A DNA stretch of 63,997 bases, counting the filler, from Dicyema japonicum (lineage: Eukaryota > Animalia > Dicyemida): assembly GCA_011109175.1 (NCBI GenBank). It is 11 parts of 11 records of this genome, joined end to end, with 100 filler letters (N's around TTAATTAATTAA, not from the genome) between each part and the next. Parts side by side here need not be neighbours in the genome. Positions count along the whole stretch, not along the records: positions 33,352 to 42,914 come from RDEW01000029.1; positions 43,015 to 45,206 come from RDEW01000370.1; positions 45,307 to 50,177 come from RDEW01000200.1; positions 50,278 to 57,147 come from RDEW01000167.1; 7 more parts are not named here. One strand, written 5' to 3'. Both the position numbers and the translations under genes were made by a program. Each line of letters starts with the position of its first letter. Within the stretch, counting starts at the first letter, position 1. Of the stretch, positions 39,961 to 52,357 are shown in pieces. Under the pieces are notes generated by a model that ran no database searches, was not told the origin of the DNA, and saw nothing but the letters and a program-made list of their open reading frames with translations.

Positions 39961-41079
39961 TCACTATTGACTCAAAATAGTTTTTTCATATTTGATGAAA
40001 ATCGTACTGTCCTGGTTGGTTATAAAGGTTATTTTCAATGATAGGTCCGACGATTGTTACACTGTCAACAAGTCGGACAATTCGCACACCAATGCAAGAA
40101 AAAGAAGTCTTCCTGATGTACCTGGGAACAATACATTGCCGACTGCAAGGTAAAACCTGGATCGAGAATGAACTGGGTCAACTACGGTTCTTCTAAACAC
40201 GGGCTCAGATATGGAGGAAGCCCAGTGTTAATTGGACAAAAACTGGATATTCGTAACGGTAAACTGGAAGCTAGACAGATGGAAAAGACCAAAATCAGAT
40301 ATAACACGGAAACACAACCAAAATAAACAAGATCACAGAATAGAAGAAACCGGTTGAGAGGGTAGACTAATGGTCGGCCCCTCCGAAAGTAATGAACCAG
40401 TTTATTCAACCGAAGTATCATCTCAGAAAAAATCTCCCAATAATTGAAAGATATAATCTGAAGACTAAAGGGGCTTTGCGGCAGTGGATTTTAAAGAAGA
40501 TACCACCTAAAAACCAATTGAAGAGAGGTTGAAGATAGTGCTGGTGAATGCCCGATCCCTGAGACTACTTGCGACGACCATTAAGGTAAACGTTTTGGTG
40601 TCAACGAGGCAAAAGTAGGGAAGAATAATACTCACATTATGAAAAGATACTATTCGATAAATATACCATGAAGGGAGGGTGCTGTGGCTGGTGCGGGAAC
40701 CTTTCTCTTTTACTGTGATGACTAGAGCGAATTTTTTAACCTAAAAAATAAAAAAATTTAACCTAAAAAAATTAACTTTATTAACCTAAAAACTAAAAAA
40801 TTAACCCAAAAATTTAACTTTATAACTAAACAATAAAAACACTAAAAACTTTTTGTTACACATACAATTACATAATTTTCTATATTTTCTGGTAGAAAAT
40901 GTTTGTTGGATCTTAGAAAATTCTTTATCTCAGAGAAACATCGTTCAACCGAGCACTAAGTTGGCCAACAACTCAAAAGTAATGAATACTCGCAGGAGAT
41001 ATGTGTGTCATTAAAAATGTTTAAGCCTTTTTAATTATGTATTCTTTAATAAATTTGTTGTCATTTTCATATTCCAACC

Positions 41080-41891
41080 GTGTCCATTCAAAATGCCTCT
41101 TTCAAAATGGCCTCCATTCAAATGACCTCCATTCAAAACGGCCTCCATTCAAAATGGCCTCCAATTAATTTTTTCAGGTTTGGATAAGTTCATCAATAAA
41201 CATCACGAGATTTAAGCGAAACGACATCTTTAGGTAAAAAAGTTATCTTTTTTAATCTTATAAAATTGATTTTACCAAGGTCCTCGACATCTTTAGGTGA
41301 AAAAGTCATCTTTTTTAAATCTTATAAAAATTGATTTTAACGGGTCCTATGGGTAAGTGAACATTTTACCAAGGTCCATATCTCAATTGGAGGCTGGCAC
41401 AACGTTTTTAGAAGTACATTTGCACTCACTAACAACTTACCCATAGACCTGTTTAAAATCAATTTTTATAAGATTTCAAAAAGATGACTTTTTCACCTAA
41501 AGATGTCGAGGACCTTGGTAAAATCAATTTTATAAGATTTAAAAAGATGACTTTTTTACCTTGGTAAATTGTTCCACTTAACCATAGGACCTGTTAAAAT
41601 CAATTTTTATAAGATTTCAAAATGATTTTTCACCTAAAGATGTCGAGGACCTTGGTAAAATCAATTTTTATAAGATTTAAAAAAGATGACTTTTTTACCT
41701 TGGTAAATTGTTCCACTTACCCATAGAACCCCTTAAAATCAATTTTTATAAGATATAAAAAGATGACTCTTTTACCTAAAGATGTCGAGGACCTTGGTAA
41801 AATATCTCGTGATGTCTATTGATGAACGTATCCAAAACCTGAGAAATTTTATTGGAGGCCATTTTGAATAGAGGCCATTTTGAATGGAACC
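41080..41891. mobile_element. Foldback-type non-autonomous MULE with long modular TIRs and 9-bp TSD
   Basis: The arms are reverse complements with terminal (GGCCTCCATTCAAAAT)n repeats and internal ~60/120-bp modules. Flanks are ATTCCAACC (41071-41079) and ATTCCAACG (41892-41900). Confidence 0.9.
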
Positions 41892-42233
41892 ATTCCAACG
41901 ATTCTAAACCATCACATTATTATCTAGAAAAAATAATTGTAATATCGCTAAACTCAATGAATTTCATCAAAATTCATTTTGATGAGAATTTACAAAATGC
42001 CTTATTTGCCATTTCTCGCATTTTATATTACACAGAGTCGACAATATAGCGCACCATCGTCAAGAATCATAAATTCTTTAGGATAATACTTTACAATGGC
42101 CTTAGCTTTAATTTGGTACGATTTTGCTATCTTAGCTATGTCAACCAAAAATTTTAGTGGCAAAATATAATTAACCCACTTTATTTAACAAACAAAAAAA
42201 AGTTAATATTTAATAACAACCTTCTTCGCCTGC

Positions 42234-42914
42234 CTGTTTGCCAGCCTCCTCAGGCAGGTTCGATTCTGGTTGCTGAAACAACTCCGAGAGCGCCTTGTCC
42301 AATTGAACTTTCTGCCCATATGGCATCTCAGGGCTCTACCTCCTATGATCCCAGTGTCAGGCTCTCTAGAGTCTGCTTTAACACAGTGGACTGTAGATAG
42401 GCCTGGAGCTTCCTATCTACCCCCAACTGCTCAGATAACCCTTGTGGTACTTTGTTGAAATTCCTTCCCACGTCATTACTATAGGAATAACGAGGACCTT
42501 GCAACCAAGCATCTGCCCCATCTCGTTGCAAAAAAGTCATACTTCCTTTTTTCTCCATCTCCACAGTCTGCAAACGGTCTTGAGACGTAATGCAACCTCT
42601 ATGATAAGTACTTGCCAGACTCCTTATCGTGTACCACAATGTCCGGTTTATTGTGCTTGACTAGCACCGAGGTACGGATAACACTGTCTACCTTAATTTG
42701 GACCCTGGTATTCTCTACTACAGATTGCACCTTATGAGTCCCAACTTTCTGGTGTGGCGAATACAATACTTATTGTAGAAATGAAGACTCCTTACTACCT
42801 CGTTATGCCTCCACACATAGTCGTGGCAGAGCATATATCCGCATCGAGTGGAAGATTTGCGGAAGCCACTTTTGATAAGCCGACAGGTACGAGTCTAGGC
42901 TTCCTTCCATTCTT
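42234..42914 (-). mobile_element. R4/NeSL-like RLE 3' fragment
   Basis: GITSQDRLQTVEMEK, CKVLVIPIVMTWEG and LQAYLQSTVLKQTLES. Confidence 0.8.
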
Positions 42915-43014
42915 NNNNNNNNNNNNNNNNNNNNNNNNNNNNNNNNNNNNNNNNNNNNTTAATTAATTAANNNNNNNNNNNNNNNNNNNNNNNNNNNNNN
43001 NNNNNNNNNNNNNN

Positions 43015-43500
43015 AACAGAAATAAAAGCCTTATTTAAGCATTGATTAATAAGTGCCTGTTCCTTAGAGACCTGACAATGTTTCCTCGTTCCTGCTGATT
43101 GTAAGATAACCCAAACGAATCCACGAAATCTGTGAGTTTGGCATTAAAACATTTGGTGATAAGTTTGTATAATGTTGGAATACACGTTATAGGAAGTAAG
43201 TCTTTAGAAGTCTCACGATCATCCTTTTTAGGAATTAAATAGGTTATTCCAGTATAAAGCCAACTATCAGGCATATTTTCCCCATTAATAAATCGATTAA
43301 TCTCAGTACATAGAAAGCCATGTAAAGATTCCATTTTCTTAATAAAGAAATTGTATGACCCATCGCATCCACACGCCTTCCAATCGTGGAGCAATTTAAT
43401 AATATCCAGGAACTTTGGCAAAATGCCTTCAATACCCGTATTTGCTTAACCAACACTGTCATATGACACGGCCATCTCTTTTCTTTTAGACCACACTTTT
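43015..43500 (-). mobile_element. R4/NeSL-like RT N-terminal fragment
   Basis: WKACGCDGSYNFFIKK, GITYLIPKK and PITCIPTLYKLITK. Confidence 0.85.
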
Positions 43501-46070
43501 TTTCAGAACGACGTACAACCCAACATCAAAAAGTTTTTTAATACTTTTAATAGTTTTAATATAATATAAATAATATAAGACTCGTTTATTTATCCGTATT
43601 TAATTTTTGATATGACAATGAGCTCCCTGAGGATCATCGTCTCCTGATCACAAAAATCGCCCAAAAGGGGGATTCGCACCTCGTTGCGAACCACTGGTCT
43701 GAAGTATTCACAACCAACAAAAAGAATAAAAGATGTAAATTTATTCCTTGGGTCCCTTCCTGCAATTGGTCATCATAATTGTTAATTAATCCAATAAAGA
43801 GTGAGTCATTCCTGTGCGAAGTTGAAGTGTTTCTTTTGTAAAGGTCTTTTTATGGGTTTTTTAAATAATTAACTTATTGTCGGGTGATTTCTTGGCTTAA
43901 TAATGATAGAACTTAAATGTCCTTGGTAAGCTATAGTCTTATTCACAAAACGAAGGGAGTTGGGATACGCCCTTGGGATAAAACATGCATAGGATATCAC
44001 TGACAATATCAAATCATTAAAACCACCCAAATAAAATGAAAGTTAGTTAGAGGAGAAATTAGTTGTCATTTTTATGTGATTGTACGTCCCTTATTTCAAT
44101 ACCGTTGAATTTTATTGGTGACGTCACAACATGAGATATCACTTTGACACCATCTTGTTCTGACAAATATTAACGTCAGTATACCTGGCACTTTCTTCAA
44201 CGAGTCATCTCGGTTTGATACTTCTACTTGACTAAATTTCGTAGCGCAAAACAGCAAAATAATTGAAAACATTTTCTATGATCTTACTTTCCGAAATTTA
44301 TATAGATGACGAAAGAATTTTAGAATTTGTGTATTAATGTGTTTTATAAATGATTAACAGCAAAAATAAAATCCTACCTACCATTCTCTTACTTCTTAGT
44401 GACGACACTCCAAGTTCTCTTAATGTGAGTTAAACAGGATAGTTTCGAGGCCACCTCAACCCTGAAACTAATTCGAGTAACTAGTTAGTCAATTCATTTT
44501 TTGTATATATTTATTATTTTTTAAGATTGATTGATAATTTTGTGGTAAATTATAAAACACAATCTAAATGTCACATATTGGTTGAGTTTCAGCATCATAT
44601 TGCCAAACCAAGTAGTTAAATAACCAATTTGAATAATCTGCTCTCATTTCATAAGAAGGTTAGTGATAGTTGATATAAGCAAAATACACAAAAAACAATC
44701 TCAAGTCACAAATTAGTTGAGTTATTGTTGAGCAGATTTTATTTTGTGACCAGAACTCACTTTTTTGCAAAAAATGATTTTTTGATAAGATTGATTTCAA
44801 ATTGTGAACATTGACATATATATTTTGTGAACAAAAATTCTTTAAAATTGGCAAGTACTTTTTTATTTTATTTTTTATGATTGAAGAGCCTAATCTTTTG
44901 TAAAAACAGACAGAAAATTTTATTTACCATCAAATTTTAATTGTTTATTAAAATTAGGAAAACCCAATAACCTTGACAGTACTAAATTTGAAGTAAGGCT
45001 GCCAAAGTTAATATTTGATTCCATATGTTTGACGATGACTTTCAATGCATCTCATGTACACTGAGCATTCTAGAGATCTAATATTTCCTTATAGGAAATT
45101 TATTATCTCCAGATAATTTATAATCTCTTAATGACTACCCTTTTTCGTAATCTTTGAAATATTCAGATGATGCCAATGAACTATAATATTCTGCACTCGT
45201 TCCAGANNNNNNNNNNNNNNNNNNNNNNNNNNNNNNNNNNNNNNNNNNNNTTAATTAATTAANNNNNNNNNNNNNNNNNNNNNNNNNNNNNNNNNNNNNN
45301 NNNNNNAATTTTCTCTAATATGTCTTCGACATTTTTTGCGTCATGAACGAGTCAGTTGGTTGTTTTTTAGGTGTCCAAGTTGGTCATGTTCAGGAGAACT
45401 GTCACCCCTGTGAGACAACTGGCCGCCTTCTGGATAATCGGTCTACCCGTTTCAAAAAACACGATGCCGCCACCACGAACTCTCATGTCTTAACGGATTT
45501 GGGACGCTCCTCACGACATGCCGAACTAAACTGTTGGATTCCATTCTCAATTGTAATCTGCAGGGATCTTTTCAAAGGACGGCAGAATACTCGTTGGGAT
45601 GAGCACTTTTCCTATTCAAGGAAAAATTAGTTTAGAAAGGCACGTGTTTCAACTCCTTTTTTGACCAGAATATAAAATTATCAATCGAAACGGAGCGAGG
45701 AAAAGACATTTTACTCGGGACCTGCTCAGGCGGATTGGCTCACTTATTTAAGAGGACTACTGGCTGCCCGTCTGAGCCCCTGATTTACCAGAACAAGTTT
45801 CCTTAAATATAGTAAGGGGGGATATCCTGCCTGTTCACAAATAACCACGTATATCATTAAATCATTCTTTTAAAACAAAAACGTTGTGGTTTAAAAATGG
45901 AGATGGAAGCCCAATGAATTTTTCAGACCGATTTCAACAAGAATAAATATTAAATTCTAACTAACAAAAAGGAAATTATATTTCGAACAAAAATATTCTT
46001 ATAAAAAAGTAAATAGGGAATTCCAGAATAAGAGTAACCTCATATTATTAAATTTAGTAATCAGGTGAGA

Positions 46071-46432
46071 TTAAGAAACACTTCCAGACTAGTATCCCAG
46101 AAAGCCGCAAAGTACATGTAAAGCAATGTTGAGGCTTCTCGCATCAAATCGAACCCAAAACTTTCCCCGATGACCACATGCCATCCTGTCCCGAATTTTT
46201 TGTCCAAAGATTCCTTGACGAATTTAGCCGAGTGCTAAATCATTAATAATATATGCTTGCTTCATTATTCGTCGAGAATTTCTCACATGCCGTGACGCAT
46301 AGTTCCATTACTTCAGTTTTCAGTTCTTCATTCATGTCCGACGACTACCACATTAATACATTTTAACACGTTTATTATTGAGTGACTGAACGTTAGTTTT
46401 TTGTTGTCATCTTTTTTGTCTGTTTCTTGCAT
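46071..46432 (-). CDS. DNAL4: Dynein axonemal light chain 4
   Basis: SDMNEELKTEVMELCVTACEKFSTNNE-HSAKFVKESLDKKFGTGWHVVIGESFGF...LLYMYF...VWKC. A 25-nt GT-AG intron and a 26-nt GC-AG intron. Confidence 0.92.
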
Positions 46433-46605
46433 ATTAGATTTATCTGTTGCTTAGGTACTATTTTTATACAAACTTCAAAATGTCATTGTGAATTCATAAG
46501 TTTTATTCAGCGTAAAACGTGTTTTTGATTAAAACTGTTTTAAATATTTTTTATTAACTTTAGATATAAAACTTTAATTAATAAATAATAAAATTTTATT
46601 AATTA

Positions 46606-46963
46606 ATGGAATGTTGTATTGAGGTTTATAAGCTCTACTGATATGCCAGATAATTGAAAATAATGCAAACAAACGTGTAGACATAACTAAAACGAAAACA
46701 ATTTGTGTCAAGTTTTCTCCAAATAACTGTGGTGGACAATCCCGATCATTTGAGCTCAAAGAAGTGTTTTCTCAGTTTCTATTGATAGTTGTGTCATTTG
46801 CCTGTGCGATTACCAAAACGACGACATCATAAGACATCTCCCTTGCCTGCACACATTTCATAAGGAATGTCTTGCTTGCTGGTTCGTCAAGTCGTTCTCC
46901 TGTCCGATTTGCGAAAGAAGTATTGACGGATTGCTTCTCGAGTCTTTCCTAAAACAAAAATGA
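46606..46963 (+). CDS. RNF11: RNF11-like RING-H2 protein
   Basis: CVICLCDYQNDDIIRHLPCLHTFHKECLACWFVKSFSCPICERSIDGLLLESF, with two ~25-nt introns. Confidence 0.7.
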
Positions 46964-48549
46964 TTATTCCTTACTTTTGAAAATATTTATTTAATATTTC
47001 TGTAAAAAATTATTAAAAAATGAATAAAACCATCTTAATACTTAATTTGAATCTGCAAATAATTATTTTATCATGTCGATTTTAAAGAATTAAGCTTTTA
47101 ATTTTGTTCTGATTTATATCCTATTATTGACAGAAAAATAGATGGCCAATCTCACTACTTTTTTATGTTGCTTTTAAACATTTGAAATCATTATAAATCT
47201 GTTTTTAGAGATGTATGAAATGCATAAATTACAATGTTAGGAAAGGCATTATTCAATGACTAAAGAGAAATGGTCGAGAAGATAGTCCAGATGGTAATAT
47301 AAAGTTTAAATTAGTCGAACAAATACTATTTTTATATATTCATTAAGACATTGACTTTAACAAATTGCGACTATAAAAACGAAGGTTGTTGATATGAGAA
47401 AACAACCCTCCATTCCCAACCGACGTTGGGATGTGATGAAGGGTGGTTGTTGTACACAGGACAAGTCAAGGACATTCGATGGAGGAAGGCAGCTTGGTGG
47501 ATTAATGATCTCTTCCAAAGCGAGGAACGATCCAAAATAAAGGTTTATAGGAAGTACCGATTGTGCCGGTGAGTTCAGACGTCAAAAGAAGCTGATTTAA
47601 AAAAGAAAAAGCTTATTTGGTTCTTCCCACATAATGATCTCTTTCAAAGTGGAGAACGATCCCAAAGGAAGGTTTTTATTTTAAACTAAATGTAATAGAC
47701 GTTTTCGAGAAACCAGAACTCGAAACCTATGTAAAATATAATTAACAAGTACTAACTTTCTTGATATGGTAAATACTTATTTTTCTCACAAAAAAATTTC
47801 TTTTGTCTTGCATCGACATTAAAAACAATTCTGTTCGTTGATGTGGTGTATTGAATGTCTGTTTCCTCAAATATTAAAACAAATTTTGTTGGCTTCCTAC
47901 TGAATTGATGAAAGTTGATATCCTTCCCGAAGTATGACTTTTGGCTCAATGGCTGCATGAACCTGGAATAAACATCGGATTCTTCCTAAGCACTTTTTTA
48001 CTTCTGAAGACTATGATTGCAAGGTTTTTTCACAATGAAAAGTGCCGGTGGATTGATGAGGTTGTTAGGAAGGATCAGGGCCTAGGATCCTATCGGGGAA
48101 ATTTTTTATTATTTTTAAATTTTAACTGAATGAAGTTTTATAATAATTTTAACTTCAATATATTTTATTTTTATGTGATATAGTAAGAACAATATATGGA
48201 CAAAAAAGAAATACTATATCCCTTTCAACCAAAAAACTTATTTTTAAACATTCAATTAATGGAAGATCTAACAAAGAAATAAATGACTATCTAAATATGC
48301 CTCAATCCTCCATAAGCCGAATACTTTGTCAATGGAGACAATTAATAAATAGAACTTTATTCTTTAAAAAAATGTTGTTTTTATTTCCCTAAAAACGTTA
48401 ATGCTTGCTTAGATGCGGTTTGAAAGCTAATTTTTAGACCTTCGACACTAATGCTTGATTCACCAACACTAATGCTTGACGCTTAAGCTGGAATTTTTGG
48501 TTTTGAGGAAGTTAACCTGTAGTTGTTGGCGAAGTGTAACTTGTAACAG

Positions 48550-49100
48550 TGCGAGGAATGGCCATCCAAAGCGCAGCTAAGACTGAAAGGAAACGAGAAA
48601 AAGATTCATGATCAACCATAACGGAATTATGTTGTCCAACTACAGAAATGCTTAAATGTTTCCCACTGGTGTTCCATTATAGAACGAGGTCTCAATAAAC
48701 AAAGCTATTAAGTTCTAAGGAGGGTTTCTCAATAGGGCTTAAGAAATCAGCATATAATGTACGTATTGTAGTAAACAAAACTACTTGGTTGTAATTGTCG
48801 TTGTTAACTACCAGTGTAAATGTTAACAAACTAAGATAATAAACAATTCTTAAAACCCTTTGTTTTCTGTTCATCTACTTTAATGGAATCTCCATTGGTT
48901 GTCACTAGGGAAATTGTTCTCATCAATAATTCGAGAGAAACGATTAAATTTAATTCTCTGCACTATTTTCGAAACTGAACAAATTATTTTCATAGGCCTG
49001 CAATTCTCAGATTTGAGATTGGTTTCCCTTTTTTTCAGTCATGGGGAAGAATAGTCCTTTCATTTGTCGATGAAACATGCACAAATTTCTACAACGAATT
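48550..49100 (-). mobile_element. Decayed LINE RT remnant (Jockey/CR1-like)
   Basis: ENCRPMKIICSVSKIVQRIKFNRFSRIIDENNFPSDNQWRF. Confidence 0.55.
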
Positions 49101-49562
49101 ATAAAAAAAAACTTTTAGTCGATAAATTAGTGTGGAATCGGCATTTTGAATACGTCTTCCGAAATAAAGTCTCACTCAGGAGTTTGTTTGTACAGCACTG
49201 GATTCCAATTCTCACTTTTTCACAAATACAATTGATGTTGAAATGGGCCTTTATCTGCTAATATCTCATTCCGTTTATTGTTTCGAACATCTTCTGGATA
49301 AAGAGCAGTAATTTTGACATGCCCAGTTAAGTCGTTGTTTGTCAGACTTTGTATTTTTGGATATAAAGTTTGGAGTCATTGCTATTTTAAAGGCTCTTTC
49401 TAAAATGCCTTTTTAATAATTAAATGGAGTAATTAACTAAATGGACTATACTATTGATCAAATTAGAGAGTTCTACCAAATATATTAGGCGTCGCGACGA
49501 TATTATTAAAATATATTAATTAAATAGATTTTAATTCACGTGGTCAATAATTTCTAGTGGTG

Positions 49563-50123
49563 ATGGCAACTCTCAAAAGTTTCTTTTCACAGAAAAGGAA
49601 AAACAGGTATCAATAAATACAATAAAGAAAAGCTCGAAAAAATAAGAAAAGCAAATCAAACCAACCGAAGAGGCCGCTGCAGTTAGTCAAGCAATGCAAG
49701 TAGAAAAAAACCTCAAACTTCCAACCAAGACAACAGTAAAACAAAAAATAAGAACAAAAATTCGATTCTACCGCCCAAAGACCCAAAATCTCTACCCAAC
49801 CCGAAATACGCCTCCCGAATCATCCCCCGAAAGAACCAACTAGTCCAATCTGGCATAATAAAGTACCCCCTCAGCACAGAGACGGCCATGAAGAAGATCG
49901 AGGACGAGAACACCCTCGTCTTCATTGTGGATATCCATGCGAATAACCTCAAATCAGACGGGCTGTTAACTCGGAGTACAATGTCAAGACTGCCAGAGTG
50001 AATACTCTTATCCGCCCTGATGGTAAAAAGAAGGCCTATGTCCGCCTTACTTCTGAATATGATGCCCTCGATGTTGCCAATAAGGTATTTGTGTTGTTAT
50101 ATGGCTAGATTGGGGTGCTCTGA
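49563..50123 (+). CDS. RPL23A: 60S ribosomal protein L23a (uL23)
   Basis: [26 protein letters not shown] and [29 protein letters not shown], a 24-nt intron, then IGVL-stop. Confidence 0.95.
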
Positions 50124-50277
50124 TTATTTCACTTTTAATTTTGTTGTCTTGGTGTATTAAATTCTTAGTTGTGGCCANNNNNNNNNNNNNNNNNNNNNNN
50201 NNNNNNNNNNNNNNNNNNNNNTTAATTAATTAANNNNNNNNNNNNNNNNNNNNNNNNNNNNNNNNNNNNNNNNNNNN

Positions 50278-50731
50278 AAATCAAACTACGTGAATTTTAA
50301 ATAAATTCTGGAGTCGAACAGTTAACCAAATCGTCAATTTGTTCTGTTTTTTTCACTGTTATCCAGCATTTTTGACAACTTTCTCGTGATTGTCTGATTA
50401 AATCTTTCGACAATTCCTTCTGCTCATAGATTGTTAGGCCTTCCGTGAATTTGCTTGATGTTAAAATCTTCGCAAAGTTTTGTTATTTCTCGATTTTTAA
50501 ATTCAGTTGATTTAAGATACAGTCTAAAATTATTGCAAATTTACAATACCTGTCATTGATAATGGCAAAATTCTCTATCTTCTTTACAAGCCTATATTTT
50601 CGGTGCCTCGGAAGATTTTCGGGAAATTTATCATGCAAAGCATCTTTTAAAGTTTGATATTCAACGCAATCTTTCACAAAACCCTTGTAAGAAGCCATTG
50701 CAACAAAATAATCTTCCATGCTATAAATCAC
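50278..50731 (-). mobile_element. Possible Ginger/Gypsy-type integrase N-terminal fragment
   Basis: RKYRLVKKIENFAIINDR followed by ELSKDLIRQSRESCQKC, resembling the integrase zinc-binding region. Confidence 0.3.
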
Positions 50732-50739
50732 GCAAGAAA

Positions 50740-51106
50740 TATAGGTTTACCGCTATCGACTGCTTTAGACAACATTCTCTCATCTGCAGAAAGAGCAAAA
50801 GCAGATCATCCAGACACATGACCTTGAATATCTAACCTATTGAAAACTTTTTAATTGAACTACAACGGAAACTATTAAAGGAGGCTATTCTACCGAGCTG
50901 CCCTCTATTCCAAATACTATCGAATTATCTACAATCATACAGAAATTTTGAGCCGATGCCATGTCCAATGAGAAGAGCTGTTCAGGATTCTCGACCCCGC
51001 CGGACTCGTCCTCACCTTTGTCGGTCTGGGATCACTTAGTTAGATGAGAACTTTTATTTCTCTCTCTTTGACCCAGTGATCCTGGGGTTAATAATAATAA
51101 TAATGA
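50740..51106 (+). mobile_element. LINE 3' end with (TAA)n tail
   Basis: A decayed RT-C-terminal-like frame followed by a UTR ending GGGTT(AAT)5. Confidence 0.5.
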
Positions 51107-51409
51107 CCTTGAATGAAGGCGTTAAGCTTGTTTTGGACGCCACCGGACACTTCTTCTTGTTCATTTAAGTCGGTTTTTACAGGTATGATGGGTAACGACC
51201 AGATGGATCACTATCTTCTCCTTTGAAACCGAGAAAACTGCCTGTCTTGGACATCTCCTGCACCGATACGTTTTCTCTCTACAACCATCTCTAGAGTGGA
51301 TCTGGAGCCTGTTCAACCGCTGATAAGGGCATGAGGTTGCGGTCCTATCATATGATTTTTTGTTTGTTCCACTCGCCATTGAGACTCTGGAATTCGGAAT
51401 CGTCTAGGG

Positions 51410-52349
51410 CAGTGTTTTTTAACTTTTTTTGACCGGGGACCACTTTAGTCTGTTGAATTTTTCTGGGGACCACATGTAACAAAACAAATTAATAAAAAAA
51501 CTAACAAAATTAAAAAATCATAATATTTAGAGTTAGTGTGATTTTTGATACGCTTTTCAAAATTAGCTGTTCAATTTTTGGTACAATGTTGGTAGGTGCC
51601 ATTCTCATATCGTCTTCCACCTTAGGTCGGTTGCGAACTTTACTTTTCAGAATAACAAGACATTGCCATTTCACATAAATAAGTGGTTGGAAAGGGAATT
51701 ATCACTTCCAGTGCATTTTTACTTAAGATTTGATATTCATTAATAACAGAAATCCAGAATTCCATAATCGAAAGCGAATTAAATGTCAACTTGCAAAACT
51801 TCGAATTTCGAATTTCAATCAACTGTTCTTGGAAATCAATTGCTTCAATTTCTTGGACGTCGTAAATTAATTTATTGATTTCCGTAACTGGGAAATAATC
51901 TTTAATTTTATTTTCAAGATTTTCGGGATGGTCAATATTCAAAGAAGAAAACCATTTCAGGTTCATTATCACCAATCTTATTTTCTACCATCGGAAACAT
52001 TGAAGCGTTTTTTATTTCGTATTTTTTTCCTCCATTGTGACAATATTTCTTTAAACGCATACATTTTTTCCATAGCTTCAATTTTAAAATCATTATTACT
52101 TTAAAATAAATAATTAATAAAAATGCCTTGTAGTGGTACGTTTAATTCATTAAAAATACAAAATATGTCAGCCAGTTAATATAGTTTAAGCATGAAAATT
52201 AACCATTACAATCAAATTACAAAAAAACACGTGAAATAAAATTAATTAAATATTCAAATGAAAATAAATAATAAAAATTAAATAATTTTTTTAGCCATGA
52301 AAATTAATTGACCAAAAAATATTTCTAGGGACCACGTTAAGAAACAATT
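51410..52349 (-). mobile_element. Internally deleted hAT (Buster/Charlie-type) transposon with 8-bp TSD
   Basis: Terminus CAGTGTTTTTTAAC..GGGGACCAC, dimerisation-domain remnant EFWISVINEYQILSKNALEVIIPFPTTYLCE, and GTCTAGGG at both 51402-51409 and 52350-52357. Confidence 0.88.
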
Positions 52350-52357
52350 GTCTAGGG

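Noticed and set aside
39786-39980. ORF with LTLTLT repeats
   Set aside because: It is simply the translation of the telomere-like hexamer tract.
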